Below, in pieces: positions 30,506 through 42,951 of a stretch of 64,000 nucleotides of DNA (the first letter of the stretch is position 1; the number at the start of each line of letters is the position of its first letter). Source of the DNA: an uncultured delta proteobacterium (GTDB lineage Bacteria > Myxococcota_A > Polyangia > Polyangiales > B10-G4); contig CAVSGI010000004.1 of assembly GCA_963727445.1 (NCBI GenBank), forward strand, positions 220,873 through 284,872. Direction: 5' to 3'. Under the pieces are notes generated by a model, which searched no databases, had not been told where the DNA came from, and saw nothing but the letters and a program-made list of their open reading frames with translations. Both the position numbers and the translations under genes were made by a program.

Positions 30506-31905
30506 AGGGATTCGAGGAAACGGATGAGGGAATCGCGCTCATCTCTGCTCATCGTCCGAAACGCTTCGCGCGCGGCTTCCGCCTCGCCGCCGTGCCAGAG
30601 GATGGCCTCGGCGAAGCCGCGCGCGCGTCCGTCGTGGAGCAGGAACTGATGATGGACGACGGTGTCGAGGAGGCCGATCCCCCAGAGCGGGGGGGTGCGC
30701 CACTCGGTGCCCGTGGCTTCGTAGTCCGGGCGGCCGTCCGCGAGCTCCTCGCCCATGTCGTGCAGGAGCACGTCCGTGTACGGCCAGATGCGCTGGTTCG
30801 AGAGCGCCGCCACTTCGTGGTCGCCCGTCGTGAACGACGGGACGTGACAGTCCGCGCACCCCGCGCTGCGGAAGAGGGCGCGGCCTTCGAGCACCACGGG
30901 CTCTTTCGGGTCGCGGCGCCCCGGCACCGCGAGCGTTCGGCCGTAGAAGACCATCGCGTCGAGAACTTCGTCGCTGGCTTCCGTCGGCCCGCCGTCGGGC
31001 GCCGCAGCGCATTCTGCTTGTGCAGACGTGCACTCCTGCTCCGGAAAGAGCGAAGTCGTGATGCCGATGTCGCCGTGAAGCGCACCCGCGGTCTGCGCGA
31101 GGATGCTGGGCACGTTCGCCTTCCATCCGAAGCGGCCGAGCGCGGTTGCGCCCAGGCTCGGGTCCCAGACGTGGTTGGGTCGGCCCGAGATCCCGTCCCC
31201 GTCGGCGTCGTCGGGATCGGCGTTCGCGACGATGTCGGCCTCGGCGATCGCCTCGAGGAGCCCGAGCCCGTACTGCGGCGCAGCGACGCGCGCCGACTGC
31301 ATCGCGCCGTCGCCCATGGGCCCGAAGGCCAGCGAGGAGATCTCGATGTGGGGGCGCCTCAGGGAGTAGCCGGTTCCGTCGCCATAGGTGCCGGGCACCT
31401 CCTCCCAGGTGACGCGCGTCGCACCTTCTGCCGGGATGCCCATGATGCTGCGGGGCTGCAGCTGGCCGCCGTAGGTCGGGTCGGGGAGCGGGCCGCCATG
31501 CGCGTCCTCGCCGGGGACGCTCAGACGGATGAGCATCGAGAGCATCTCTTCGTCCGGACCGGGGGGCTGGCCGCGTCCATCGCGCTGGTGGCAGGCGGAG
31601 CAGCTGGTGGCGTTGTACACGGGGCCGAGCCCATCCCGGGTCATGGTGCTCGACGGTGCGACGACCCAGTTGTCGCCGTTGAAGTTGTTGCCGACCTCGA
31701 AGGTGCCGACCTCGTCGAAGCTGAGGTTGGCCGCGGGCCGCGTGTAAGCGTCCTCGGACGTGTCGAAGACGGTGGTCTCTCCGCCCGAAAGCTCCTCGCC
31801 TCGTTCGTATCCGGAAGCGCTGCTGCAGGCAGCCGACCAGAGCGCCGCGAGTGTCGCGATACGCGCGAAGGTGCGCGCGGTGTTCGATGGACGTTCCACG
31901 TTCAT
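30502..31905 (-). CDS. Di-heme oxidoreductase family protein (DHOR/DUF1111)
   Basis: SGGETT, DGLGPVYNATSCSACH, GRFGWKA, GCADCH, YTDVLLHDMG, WRTPPLWGIG, LHDGRAR..EAILWHGGE. Confidence 0.92.
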   Translation of the reverse strand: MNVERPSNTARTFARIATLAALWSAACSSASGYERGEELSGGETTVFDTSEDAYTRPAANLSFDEVGTFEVGNNFNGDNWVVAPSSTMTRDGLGPVYNATSCSACHQRDGRGQPPGPDEEMLSMLIRLSVPGEDAHGGPLPDPTYGGQLQPRSIMGIPAEGATRVTWEEVPGTYGDGTGYSLRRPHIEISSLAFGPMGDGAMQSARVAAPQYGLGLLEAIAEADIVANADPDDADGDGISGRPNHVWDPSLGATALGRFGWKANVPSILAQTAGALHGDIGITTSLFPEQECTSAQAECAAAPDGGPTEASDEVLDAMVFYGRTLAVPGRRDPKEPVVLEGRALFRSAGCADCHVPSFTTGDHEVAALSNQRIWPYTDVLLHDMGEELADGRPDYEATGTEWRTPPLWGIGLLDTVVHHQFLLHDGRARGFAEAILWHGGEAEAAREAFRTMSRDERDSLIRFLESL

Positions 31906-33155
31906 TCCCCGGAGTCGTCGATGCGAAGGTCGATGCCGAAGAGCGCGGCGATGTCCTGTACCGACGTCGTCACGGCCCCGAGGTCCAGGTAGACGGCGTC
32001 GAGGGCCTGGCGCCCTGGCGCATCGTCGGTGCCGAGGATCAGCGCGTCGAAGGGGCAGCTGCCCTCGAGGGTCGCGCTCGGGCATCCCGCGACCTCGGGC
32101 CAGGCGCGCACGTCGTCGAGGGCTTTTTGGATCTCCGCGCTCACGCGCGCGTCGAGCTCCGGATCGCGCGCGCGGACCAGGTCCGAGAGGCTCGGGCCAT
32201 CGACCTCGGTCCCGTCCGTGCGTGTGTAGTGACCGTGGTAGAGGTTCGAAATGCCGAGGACGTCGTTCTCCAGATCGGCGTTCGTCGTGTCGCTGAAGCA
32301 CGAGTGCTCGTCGTTCTGATCCTTCGTCGTGTAAGCCACGCGGATCCGCTGTCCGGCGAGCTCGGGCCCGGCGAGGGTTCCCATCCCGACCAGCACCCGC
32401 CTGAGGGCCTCGCGCGGATCCGACGCGAGGAAGCGCGCGCGGTAGTTCGTGTCGTCGCCCGGGGCCCAGGCGTCGCGGATCTGTGTCAGGTCGTCGACGA
32501 GGAGCTGACTCGCCACGTCGAGATACGCGCCGCGCCGATCGGCGTTCGCCGCTATCCCGTCGACGTAGTCCGTGTACGGCCGGTCCCCCGGACCGTCGGC
32601 GTCGAAGTCCTGGCCCCAGAGCAGGAACTCGATCGCGTGATAGCCGGTGGTGACGTTCTCCTCGCCAGGCATCATGTTTCGCTGGGCGAGGAGCTCGGCC
32701 GTGATGTCCGGGACGTCCTCCGGGCTGTTGATGATGCCCCCGTCGATGGGCATGCCGTCGGCGCCCCGGACGTAGTCGATCGTCGCCTCGTCGAGGGGCC
32801 ATGCGTTGATCAGCGCCTCGAGGTTTCCACGCTCCGGATCGTCGATGGGGCCGTCGTAGAAGCGGGCGATCTCGGTCTGCTGGTAGGGCACCCGCGCAAG
32901 GACCCAGCGCGTGCGCGCCATCGCGAGCGCCGCGTCGGTGGCCGCGCCGGACGACAGCGGCATCAGCGCGTCGCGGAGCGCGCTCGCGCTCAGGGCGGAG
33001 TCGTCGTAGCCCGCATGCAGCACGTCCGCGTAGGTCGCGAGCGCCGCGGGTGCGTCCTCGAGGGCGTCTTCAGACGAGCCACAGGCGACGAGGGCCAAGG
33101 CCGCCAACACGCCCGGGGAGGCGTTATTGACTTTGACTTTCATCATCATGTTCAT
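31902..33155 (-). CDS. Imelysin/IrpA-like iron-regulated lipoprotein
   Basis: Lipobox LVAC; ARVPYQQTEIARFY.GPID; INAWPLDE; TGYHAIEFLLWGQD; EHSCFSD; start is one of the Met codons at 33143-33155. Confidence 0.9.
   Translation of the reverse strand: MNMMMKVKVNNASPGVLAALALVACGSSEDALEDAPAALATYADVLHAGYDDSALSASALRDALMPLSSGAATDAALAMARTRWVLARVPYQQTEIARFYDGPIDDPERGNLEALINAWPLDEATIDYVRGADGMPIDGGIINSPEDVPDITAELLAQRNMMPGEENVTTGYHAIEFLLWGQDFDADGPGDRPYTDYVDGIAANADRRGAYLDVASQLLVDDLTQIRDAWAPGDDTNYRARFLASDPREALRRVLVGMGTLAGPELAGQRIRVAYTTKDQNDEHSCFSDTTNADLENDVLGISNLYHGHYTRTDGTEVDGPSLSDLVRARDPELDARVSAEIQKALDDVRAWPEVAGCPSATLEGSCPFDALILGTDDAPGRQALDAVYLDLGAVTTSVQDIAALFGIDLRIDDSGE
33126..33148. promoter_or_regulatory. 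Possible degenerate Fur box overlapping the imelysin start
   Basis: Minus strand TGATGATGAAAGTCAAAGTCAAT, about 13/19 to consensus, AT-rich, at the head of the iron operon. Confidence 0.4.
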
Positions 33156-33281
33156 ATTCGGAAAACGAGCCGAAGGCAAGCGCTCCTCCGTATCGCCATT
33201 TCCCCTGTGTTCACGGGATGATCGAAGGGCTCCCCCCGAGCGCGATGGCAGCGCTGTCCCCAGCCCTGTACAACCACCCCG

Positions 33282-34025
33282 ATGACCGGGCGCAGCCACC
33301 TCGTCCTCGATATCGAGACCGTCCCCGATCCCGAGATGCCCTGGGATGGCGCGAAGCAGGGCTTTCCTCCCGCGCCCTTCCACAAGTGCGTCGCGCTCGG
33401 CGTGCTCTGGCTCGATCACGACCACCACCTGCTCAAGATGGGGGTCTTCGGAGAGAAGACGGAGGGCGGCGAGTCAGGGGCGCCGGTGGACGAGGAGAAG
33501 ACGCTCTTTGAGTTCGCCAAGTTCGTTGGCAACAAGAAGCCGCATCTCATCACCTACAACGGGCGACGCTTCGATCTGCCGGTGCTCGCGAACCGCATGC
33601 TTCGTTACGGCATCCCCTTCACCGCGTACTACTCCGATCGCGACTACCGCTATCGCTACAGCGACCTCGGCCACCTCGACCTCGCCGACATCCTCACCGA
33701 CCACGGCGCCGCGCAGATGGCGAAGCTCGACCACGTCGCGCGCCTGGTGGGGATGCCGGGCAAGATGGATGTGGACGGCTCGATGGTGGATCAGCTCTAC
33801 AAGGAAGGGCGCATCGAGGACATTCGGGAGTACTGCCTCCACGACGTGGTGCAGACGGCTTTCGTCTTTCTCCGCGTGGAGCTCCTGCGCGGCCGGCTGG
33901 CGCGCGAAGCCTATCGCGAGCGCGCCGAGGCTCTGTGGAACGCGCTCGCGGAGGACGAGCGCGCCCGGCCCGTGCTCGAAGCGGCCGACAAGGCCAAGGT
34001 GCTGCTCAGCGAGGAGGCGCCATGA
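33282..34025 (+). CDS. Stand-alone 3'-5' exonuclease (DNA_pol_B_exo2 family)
   Basis: VLDIETVPD; TYNGRRFDLPVL; YRYRY...HLDL.D; G.PGK..DGS.V; YCLHDV. Confidence 0.88.
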   Translation: MTGRSHLVLDIETVPDPEMPWDGAKQGFPPAPFHKCVALGVLWLDHDHHLLKMGVFGEKTEGGESGAPVDEEKTLFEFAKFVGNKKPHLITYNGRRFDLPVLANRMLRYGIPFTAYYSDRDYRYRYSDLGHLDLADILTDHGAAQMAKLDHVARLVGMPGKMDVDGSMVDQLYKEGRIEDIREYCLHDVVQTAFVFLRVELLRGRLAREAYRERAEALWNALAEDERARPVLEAADKAKVLLSEEAP

Positions 34026-34789
34026 AGATGCCGGTGGTGATCTGGGGCATGGGGCAGATGGGTGGCGTCTTCGCCCACGCGCTGCTCCGTGCGGGCCATC
34101 CCGTGTACCCGGTGACCCGCACCACCGATCCCGAAGAGGTCGCGCGCGTCGTCGAGAGCCCGCTGCTCTGCCTTCTGGGCGTCGGGGAAAAGGACCTCGC
34201 GGAGGTGGTGCCGAAGGTGCCAGCGCCCTGGCGGCATCACCTGGCTCTGGTGCAGAACGAGCTCCTGCCGCACGTCTGGGAAGCGCTCGGCGTCGTCGAT
34301 CCGACGGTGGCCGTGGTCTGGTTCGAAAAGAAGAAGAGCGTCCCGATCACGCCCGTGCAGTCGACGCCGATCGGCGGACCGCGGGCAGCGCTTCTGGTCT
34401 CGGCCCTCGAAGGCCTCGGCGTGCCCGCGCACGAGATCGAGACCAGCGCGCTGCGCGACGAGCTGGTGAAGAAGAACCTCTACATCTTGACCGCGAACGC
34501 GAGCGCGCTCTCGAAGGAGGTGAGCGAGAGCGTCACCACCGGTGAGCTCCTGGATGCGCACCGCCCACTGATCGACGGCGTCGCGCGCGATGCCCTCGCC
34601 ATCCAGTCGCACCTCACGAACGCGGAGCTCTCGCCGTCGCTCCTGGGTGGGCTCTGGGATTCCTTCGCAGCCGACCCTCATCATCGGGCCCGGGGCCGCT
34701 CTGCGCGGGCGCGTCTGACGCGCGCGCTCGCGATCGCCGACGAAGCCGGCCTCGAGGTGCCCGCGCTCCGCGCCCTCGCGAACGGTTAG
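34022..34789 (+). CDS. Rossmann-fold protein, ketopantoate reductase-like
   Basis: GMGQMGG; LVQNELLP; ELVKKNLYIL. Confidence 0.6.
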   Translation: MKMPVVIWGMGQMGGVFAHALLRAGHPVYPVTRTTDPEEVARVVESPLLCLLGVGEKDLAEVVPKVPAPWRHHLALVQNELLPHVWEALGVVDPTVAVVWFEKKKSVPITPVQSTPIGGPRAALLVSALEGLGVPAHEIETSALRDELVKKNLYILTANASALSKEVSESVTTGELLDAHRPLIDGVARDALAIQSHLTNAELSPSLLGGLWDSFAADPHHRARGRSARARLTRALAIADEAGLEVPALRALANG

Positions 34790-35166
34790 TCCGAGTACAT
34801 CACGTCGACGTACTCGCGTCTGCTCGGGTTCGGGTGACGGCGGATCACCTCGCGAGGTCGCGCATCGATCACCGGCCGCGTACCCGAGACGGGGCGGATC
34901 TGGGGATGCCGATCGCGCCTGCGTCCGAAGAGGGCCCCCAGCAGCGCCCCGAGGAAGGCCCCGAAGGCGGCGCCGCTCGGTCCGCGGAAGGAGCCGAGGA
35001 TGCCGCCGAGCAGTCCCCCCGCACCGGCGTACGCCGTCTGCTGCCCGTGGCCTCGCCGGGTCGCCTCCTCGCGCGCTTCGCTCACCGTCTGCTTCACGTC
35101 CCCCCGCTTCGCCCAGTCCAGCATCTGCTCCATGTCCGGCATCGTCGGTCCTCCCTCGGCCGCCAT
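34786..35166 (-). CDS. Small glycine-zipper membrane protein
   Basis: AGAGGLLGGILG..GP.GAAFGAFLGALLGALFG followed by RRR; start could be 35142. Confidence 0.65.
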   Translation of the reverse strand: MAAEGGPTMPDMEQMLDWAKRGDVKQTVSEAREEATRRGHGQQTAYAGAGGLLGGILGSFRGPSGAAFGAFLGALLGALFGRRRDRHPQIRPVSGTRPVIDARPREVIRRHPNPSRREYVDVMYSD

Positions 35167-35181
35167 CCGGCCTAGCTATGA

Positions 35182-35196
35182 ATGCATAATATGCAT
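35182..35196. promoter_or_regulatory. Palindromic operator (7-1-7) between divergent genes
   Basis: ATGCATA-A-TATGCAT in an AT-rich intergenic patch. Confidence 0.65.
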
Positions 35197-35252
35197 ATGC
35201 GAATCTGATCCGCAACCTGAGTTTCACCAGGCCCGTGCTATCGTGCAGCATC

Positions 35253-35675
35253 ATGGAGCCCGACAACGAGGCCTACGTGTACGGCCTGGTCCTTGGTCGG
35301 GTCATTGCAAGTCTGCGAGAACGCAGGGGAATGAGCCAGGGCGAGCTGGCGGGCGCCGCTGGCATCACCCAGTCCACGCTCTCCCGCATGGAGCGGGGTC
35401 AGGCCCAGCCCGACGCCTTCACCCTGAAGAAGCTCAGCGAGGCGCTGGGGGTGAGCGTGGCGGAGCTGACCGCCTGGGTGGACAAGGCCCTCGAGCGGAG
35501 CCGCCAGGCCACCATCGGCGCCATCGGCGACACGTCCCGGCCCGCCGAGAAGAGCTGGTGGCAGGCGGCGCTGAAGATCGCGGGCGCGGCGGGGCTCGCG
35601 GGCCTCGTGGCCTTCGCGGTCTCCGCGGCCCTCGACAATCCGCCGAAGCGTACGCGACCCCGGAAGAAGCCCTGA
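35253..35675 (+). CDS. XRE family HTH regulator with C-terminal hydrophobic helix
   Basis: LRERRGMSQGELAGAAGITQSTLSRMERG..QP...L.KL..ALGVSV.EL; C-terminal WWQAALKIAGAAGLAGLVAFAVSAAL. Confidence 0.85.
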   Translation: MEPDNEAYVYGLVLGRVIASLRERRGMSQGELAGAAGITQSTLSRMERGQAQPDAFTLKKLSEALGVSVAELTAWVDKALERSRQATIGAIGDTSRPAEKSWWQAALKIAGAAGLAGLVAFAVSAALDNPPKRTRPRKKP

Positions 35676-35699
35676 GCGATGTGGTAGCGTCCGCGCCCG

Positions 35700-37064
<1,365 letters not shown>

Positions 37065-37067
37065 GCG

Positions 37068-38797
<1,730 letters not shown>

Positions 38798-38798
<1 letters not shown>

Positions 38799-39391
38799 TG
38801 AGCGGGCGCGCCCACGAAAAGCGGATGGTCGCCGTCCTCGCCGCGGCGGAGGGCGACGCGCCGGCGCGCCTCTGCTCGCCGGGGGTCGGGCTCTTTCGCA
38901 CCACCTCCTCGGGTAAGCTCGTTCGACCGGGCGCGGTGGTGGGCGAGCTCGAGGTGCTCTCGGAGCTCTTCCTCGTCGTGGCGCCCCAGGGCGCAGGCGG
39001 GCTCTGCCGTGACCCCGAAGAGGAACAAATCGCCCGGCGCCCCGTGGCGTATGGCGACGTTCTCTTCACCCTGGATACCGACCTCGTGGCCGAGGAGGCA
39101 GCGGCCGCCGTCGCCGAGAGCGGGGCCACCTCCGGCACCGTCTTTGCCTCCCCCACCTCCGGGCGCTACTACGCGAAGCCCTCGCCGGACGCGCCTCCCT
39201 TCGTGAAGGTCGGCGACGTGATCGCCGCGGGCCAGACGGTGGCGCTCCTCGAGGTGATGAAGACCTTCAATCGCGTTCAGTACGGAGGGGGCGCGCTTCC
39301 GGAGCGCGCGAAGGTCCTCCGGATCGTGCCGAAGGACGAGGAAGACCTCTCCGCCGGCGATCCGATCCTGGAGCTCGAGTCCGCCGACTGA
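38798..39391 (+). CDS. accB: Biotin carboxyl carrier protein with tandem biotinyl-like domains
   Basis: C-terminal SPTSGRYY..PSPDAPPFV..GD...LLEVMKTFN; N-terminal degenerate copy SPGVG.F...GELEVLSELF...VAYGDVLF. Confidence 0.8.
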
Positions 39392-39405
39392 GCGCGGGTG
39401 GTATC

Positions 39406-40762
39406 ATGACGGGGATGGACCGCTTCGCGGCCGCGCTCGTCCTCACCATCGCCTCGGGATGTGGTCTCGTCCTCGATGCGGAATCCCACCCCGATGGACG
39501 GAGGGCTCGACGCCAGCGCGGACTCCGCAGGCCGTCGGGACGGCATGGTGAGCGATGCAGATCCGGGGGACGGCGCTCCGGTCGACGTCTCCACACCCGA
39601 CGCGGTCATCCCACCCCGTTCCGACTGCGGCGGACCGACCGCCCTGGTCGACGACTTCGAAGATGGCATGATCTCCGATCGCTGGCGCGCCTCGGGACCT
39701 ACGGCCGAGACGGGGGGAGCGCTCGAGCTCACGGCGTCGGGGAGCGACCCCACCTTCTACTACTCGGCGTTCACCTACGATCTCAGCGACGACTTCATCG
39801 CGGTGAGGGTCGACGAGACACCCTCGGCCGGGTCGTTCTACTTCGGACTCGCCGTCGATGACGGGGTCGGCGAGACGATCAGCATCGATGCGGCGTCCGA
39901 GCTGGCGATGGACGCCTCCGACGGAAGCACCAATCGCATTCCCTACGACCGGAGCGTGCACCAATGGCTGGCGGTCGGCGTCGATGGCACGTCGATCGTC
40001 TTCATGAGCTCGCCCGATGGCGTGGCCTGGACCACGCATCATCGCTCGGCGGCGCCGAGCCCGCTGATCCCCTTCCGGGCCGAGATGGGTGTGGTGAGCT
40101 ACGGCTCGACCGCGACGGCACGCGTCGATGACTACAATCTCGACCCGACGCGCGCCTCCGAGCCGCATTGCCGGGCGGACGTCGTCGACATGCGCCAGCG
40201 GCCGCGCTTCTGGGCCGGCGACGCCTACTCCAACACGGCCACTCCCGGGTGCGTGAGCCTGATGTCGGACGGTTCGATGGAGCTCGCGCTCGAGGTTCCC
40301 TCGGCGGCGTGGACGACGATGAAGAAGACGTGCGAATACATCACCACGGAGGCCTTCGATCTCCGCGAAGAGTGGCTCGAGGTCCATTTCGTGAACCGCA
40401 CGCTCGGGCCCAACATCAGCACCTATCTGGCGCTGATCGACACGCGGTGGGGCAAGCTGCTCGCCTACCTGGGTAACGACTGGGGCTGGATCGGCTCGGA
40501 CGGCACGACGCCCATGTCCTCCTTCGACATCACGATGGGCGGGGAGCTCGCCTCCTACATGCGCCTCGGAAACTTCGCCGGGGACATGGTGCTCGAGGTC
40601 TCCCTCGATGGGGCCTCCTGGCACGAGGCTGCCCGCTTCCCCGTCGATCCCGGCGCCTTCGATCCGAGCGCGGTCAATCTGGGGGTCGGGGTGGATTCGG
40701 ACGCCAGCGCCCTGTCGAGAAACGTGGCTGTGATCGAGGCTTTTGCGGGGTCGCGCCCCTGA
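39406..40762 (+). CDS. Hypothetical lipoprotein with internally duplicated beta-rich domain; apparent frameshift near 39485
   Basis: Signal with lipobox ASGC in the 39406 frame; the long frame follows with YDL/FDL...S.DG..W repeated twice. Confidence 0.55.
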
Positions 40763-40874
40763 GCGAGAGCGGAGCCGACTCGACAGGGGTGGCACAAACG
40801 CGACAGAGGCCTAGAAATCTAGTAACTCGGGGCCCGCTGGACCGTACGGCGTGGACCAAGGAGGATCAGGAGCG

Positions 40875-41372
40875 ATGCGAGCACTCACGACACTCACCGC
40901 GATTCTAGCGCTCGTCTGTGGCTGCGAGGACGGCGGCGGAGACACAGGGGACCCGCAGCCTCAGCCCGCGGCGACCGAGCAGGTGGCGGAGACGACGCAG
41001 GCCGAGACCGCCGCCGAACAGGAGGCGCCGATCCCCGAGCTGCCCGTCGCGGAGGTCGCGTCGCTTCTGGAGAGCGGAGATGGCGTCGCGGTGGACGCGA
41101 ACAACGCCACCACCCGCGAGCGCTTCGGGACCATTCCCGGCGCGACCCTGCTCACCTCTTCCGGGCGCTACGATCCTTCGGCGGAGCTCCCCGCCGATCA
41201 CGCGACGAAGCTGATCTTCTATTGCGGCAACGACAACTGCCGCGCATCGGATGGCGCGGCAGGTCGGGCACGCGAGGCCGGCTACACCGACGTGAACGTG
41301 ATGCGCGCGGGCATCGCCGGGTGGGTCGACGCTGGCAAGGAGACCGCTCGGGCTGCTCAGAACGCCGGCTGA
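40875..41372 (+). CDS. Rhodanese-like lipoprotein
   Basis: GTIPGA; LIFYCGNDNCRAS..AA.RA..AGY.DV.VM..GI.GW. Confidence 0.85.
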   Translation: MRALTTLTAILALVCGCEDGGGDTGDPQPQPAATEQVAETTQAETAAEQEAPIPELPVAEVASLLESGDGVAVDANNATTRERFGTIPGATLLTSSGRYDPSAELPADHATKLIFYCGNDNCRASDGAAGRAREAGYTDVNVMRAGIAGWVDAGKETARAAQNAG

Positions 41373-41392
41373 CGCGCGTCGCGGTTTCGAGG

Positions 41393-42829
41393 TCAGAGGA
41401 TCGGTGAGAGGAGCCGGGCCGAGGCGGCGAAGAACCGCCTGGGAAAGGATTTGTCGGCGAGGATCTGCGCCGTGACCTCGCGCGCCTTCGCGAGGTCCTT
41501 CTCGAAGGCCTCGGCGAGCACGTCGCAGGCGACGGCGTCGTAGCTCGCCACCACGACCTCGAAGTTCAGACGGAAGCTGCGGTTGTCGGCGTTGGCGGTG
41601 CCCACGACCGCCAGGTCGTCGTCGACGACCAGGGTCTTCGAGTGGAGCACCGGCGGGCCATATTCGAAGACGCGCACACCGCTCTCGAGCAGCTCCGGGT
41701 AATAGGTGCTCGCGGCCGCGGCGACGAGAGGAACGTCACCGCCCGAGGGGACCAGGATCCGCACCTCGGCGCCGCGCAAGGCGGCCGCGTCGAGGGCGCT
41801 GAGGAGCGCCTCGTCGGGGACGAAGTAGGGGGTGGTCAACAGCACCCGCTCGTGCGCCCCGGCGATCGCCGAGAAGAAGAGCTTGTGGATCGCGTCGAGG
41901 TTTTCGTCGGGGCCCGACGCGACGACCTGTAGGAGCCGGTTGCCGGAAGCGAGCTCGTGGGTGCCTCGCAGGTATTCGGGATCCTCGGGGATCGACTCGG
42001 CGGCGTAATGCCAGTCCTCGAAGAAGACGAGCTGCAGCCCCTTCACCGCCGGGCCGCGCACCAGCAGGTGGGTGTCGCGCCAGGCCGCTTCGGCGCTGAA
42101 CTCGTCGGTGTGGACGTCGCTGACGTTCATGCCGCCCACGAAGCCCACCTCTCCGTCGATGACAGCGATCTTTCGGTGCGTCCGGAAGTTCGCCATCCGC
42201 GGGCGCCAGCGCGTGAGCGACAGGGCGTTGAAACGACGCACGTCTCCGCCACGATCGCGAAGCGGCGCCCAGAACCGATCGTGAGCCTTGGACGAGCCGA
42301 AGCCGTCGACGAGGATCCGCACCCTGACGCCGCGTCGCGCCGCTTCGCACAGCGCGTCGCGCAGCCGCGTGCCGATCCTGTCGGGCTCCCAGATGTAGTA
42401 CTCGCAGTGGATGTGGTGCTTCGCCTTCGAGATGGCCTTCTCGAGGGCGGCGTATTTCGAGCGCCCGTCGAAGAACACCTCGACGTTCGCGGTGCGTGGG
42501 CGCGCCGCGGGTCCTCCGGCGTTGGCGCAGAGCTCCATCAGGTTCACTGCCTCTTGTGAGCGCGTCTCCGCGGGCTCGGCCTCCTCGACCTCGAGATTTC
42601 GGATGCGCGCGTGCGCCCGCGCGCGTCGCTTGCGCCGTCGCTCGAAGCGGCGCGGACCGAAGAAGAAGTAGACGGCGAAGCCGAGCAACGGCAGGAACGC
42701 CAGGACGAAGATCCAGGCGAGCGTCGCCTGCGCGCTCCGCCGCTGCATGATCACGAAGACCGCTGCCACGGCCATCCACAGGGTCTGTGCGACCGGCAGG
42801 ACCGTCCACATCATCTCCCCGACGTCCAC
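41393..42829 (-). CDS. cls: Cardiolipin synthase
   Basis: Two N-terminal TMs (PLD_N); HRKIAVIDG and LHSKTLVVD HKD motifs; TPYFVPD; N.D.RSF.LNFE. Confidence 0.92.
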   Translation of the reverse strand: MDVGEMMWTVLPVAQTLWMAVAAVFVIMQRRSAQATLAWIFVLAFLPLLGFAVYFFFGPRRFERRRKRRARAHARIRNLEVEEAEPAETRSQEAVNLMELCANAGGPAARPRTANVEVFFDGRSKYAALEKAISKAKHHIHCEYYIWEPDRIGTRLRDALCEAARRGVRVRILVDGFGSSKAHDRFWAPLRDRGGDVRRFNALSLTRWRPRMANFRTHRKIAVIDGEVGFVGGMNVSDVHTDEFSAEAAWRDTHLLVRGPAVKGLQLVFFEDWHYAAESIPEDPEYLRGTHELASGNRLLQVVASGPDENLDAIHKLFFSAIAGAHERVLLTTPYFVPDEALLSALDAAALRGAEVRILVPSGGDVPLVAAAASTYYPELLESGVRVFEYGPPVLHSKTLVVDDDLAVVGTANADNRSFRLNFEVVVASYDAVACDVLAEAFEKDLAKAREVTAQILADKSFPRRFFAASARLLSPIL

Positions 42830-42862
42830 GCGGGGAGAATGAGGGATCGATCAGCCTGACGG

Positions 42863-42898
42863 AATAAAGAAAGGCCGGACCTTTCGGTCCGGCCTTTC
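42863..42898 (-). terminator. Rho-independent terminator
   Basis: 13-bp stem GAAAGGCCGGACC/GGTCCGGCCTTTC with a 4-nt loop, followed by TTTATT on the minus strand downstream of 42952..44592. Confidence 0.85.
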
Positions 42899-42951
42899 GG
42901 GGGGTTGCGTCCAGGCGGGATTTTGGACGCGGGGTCAGTGTGTGGTGTGGC

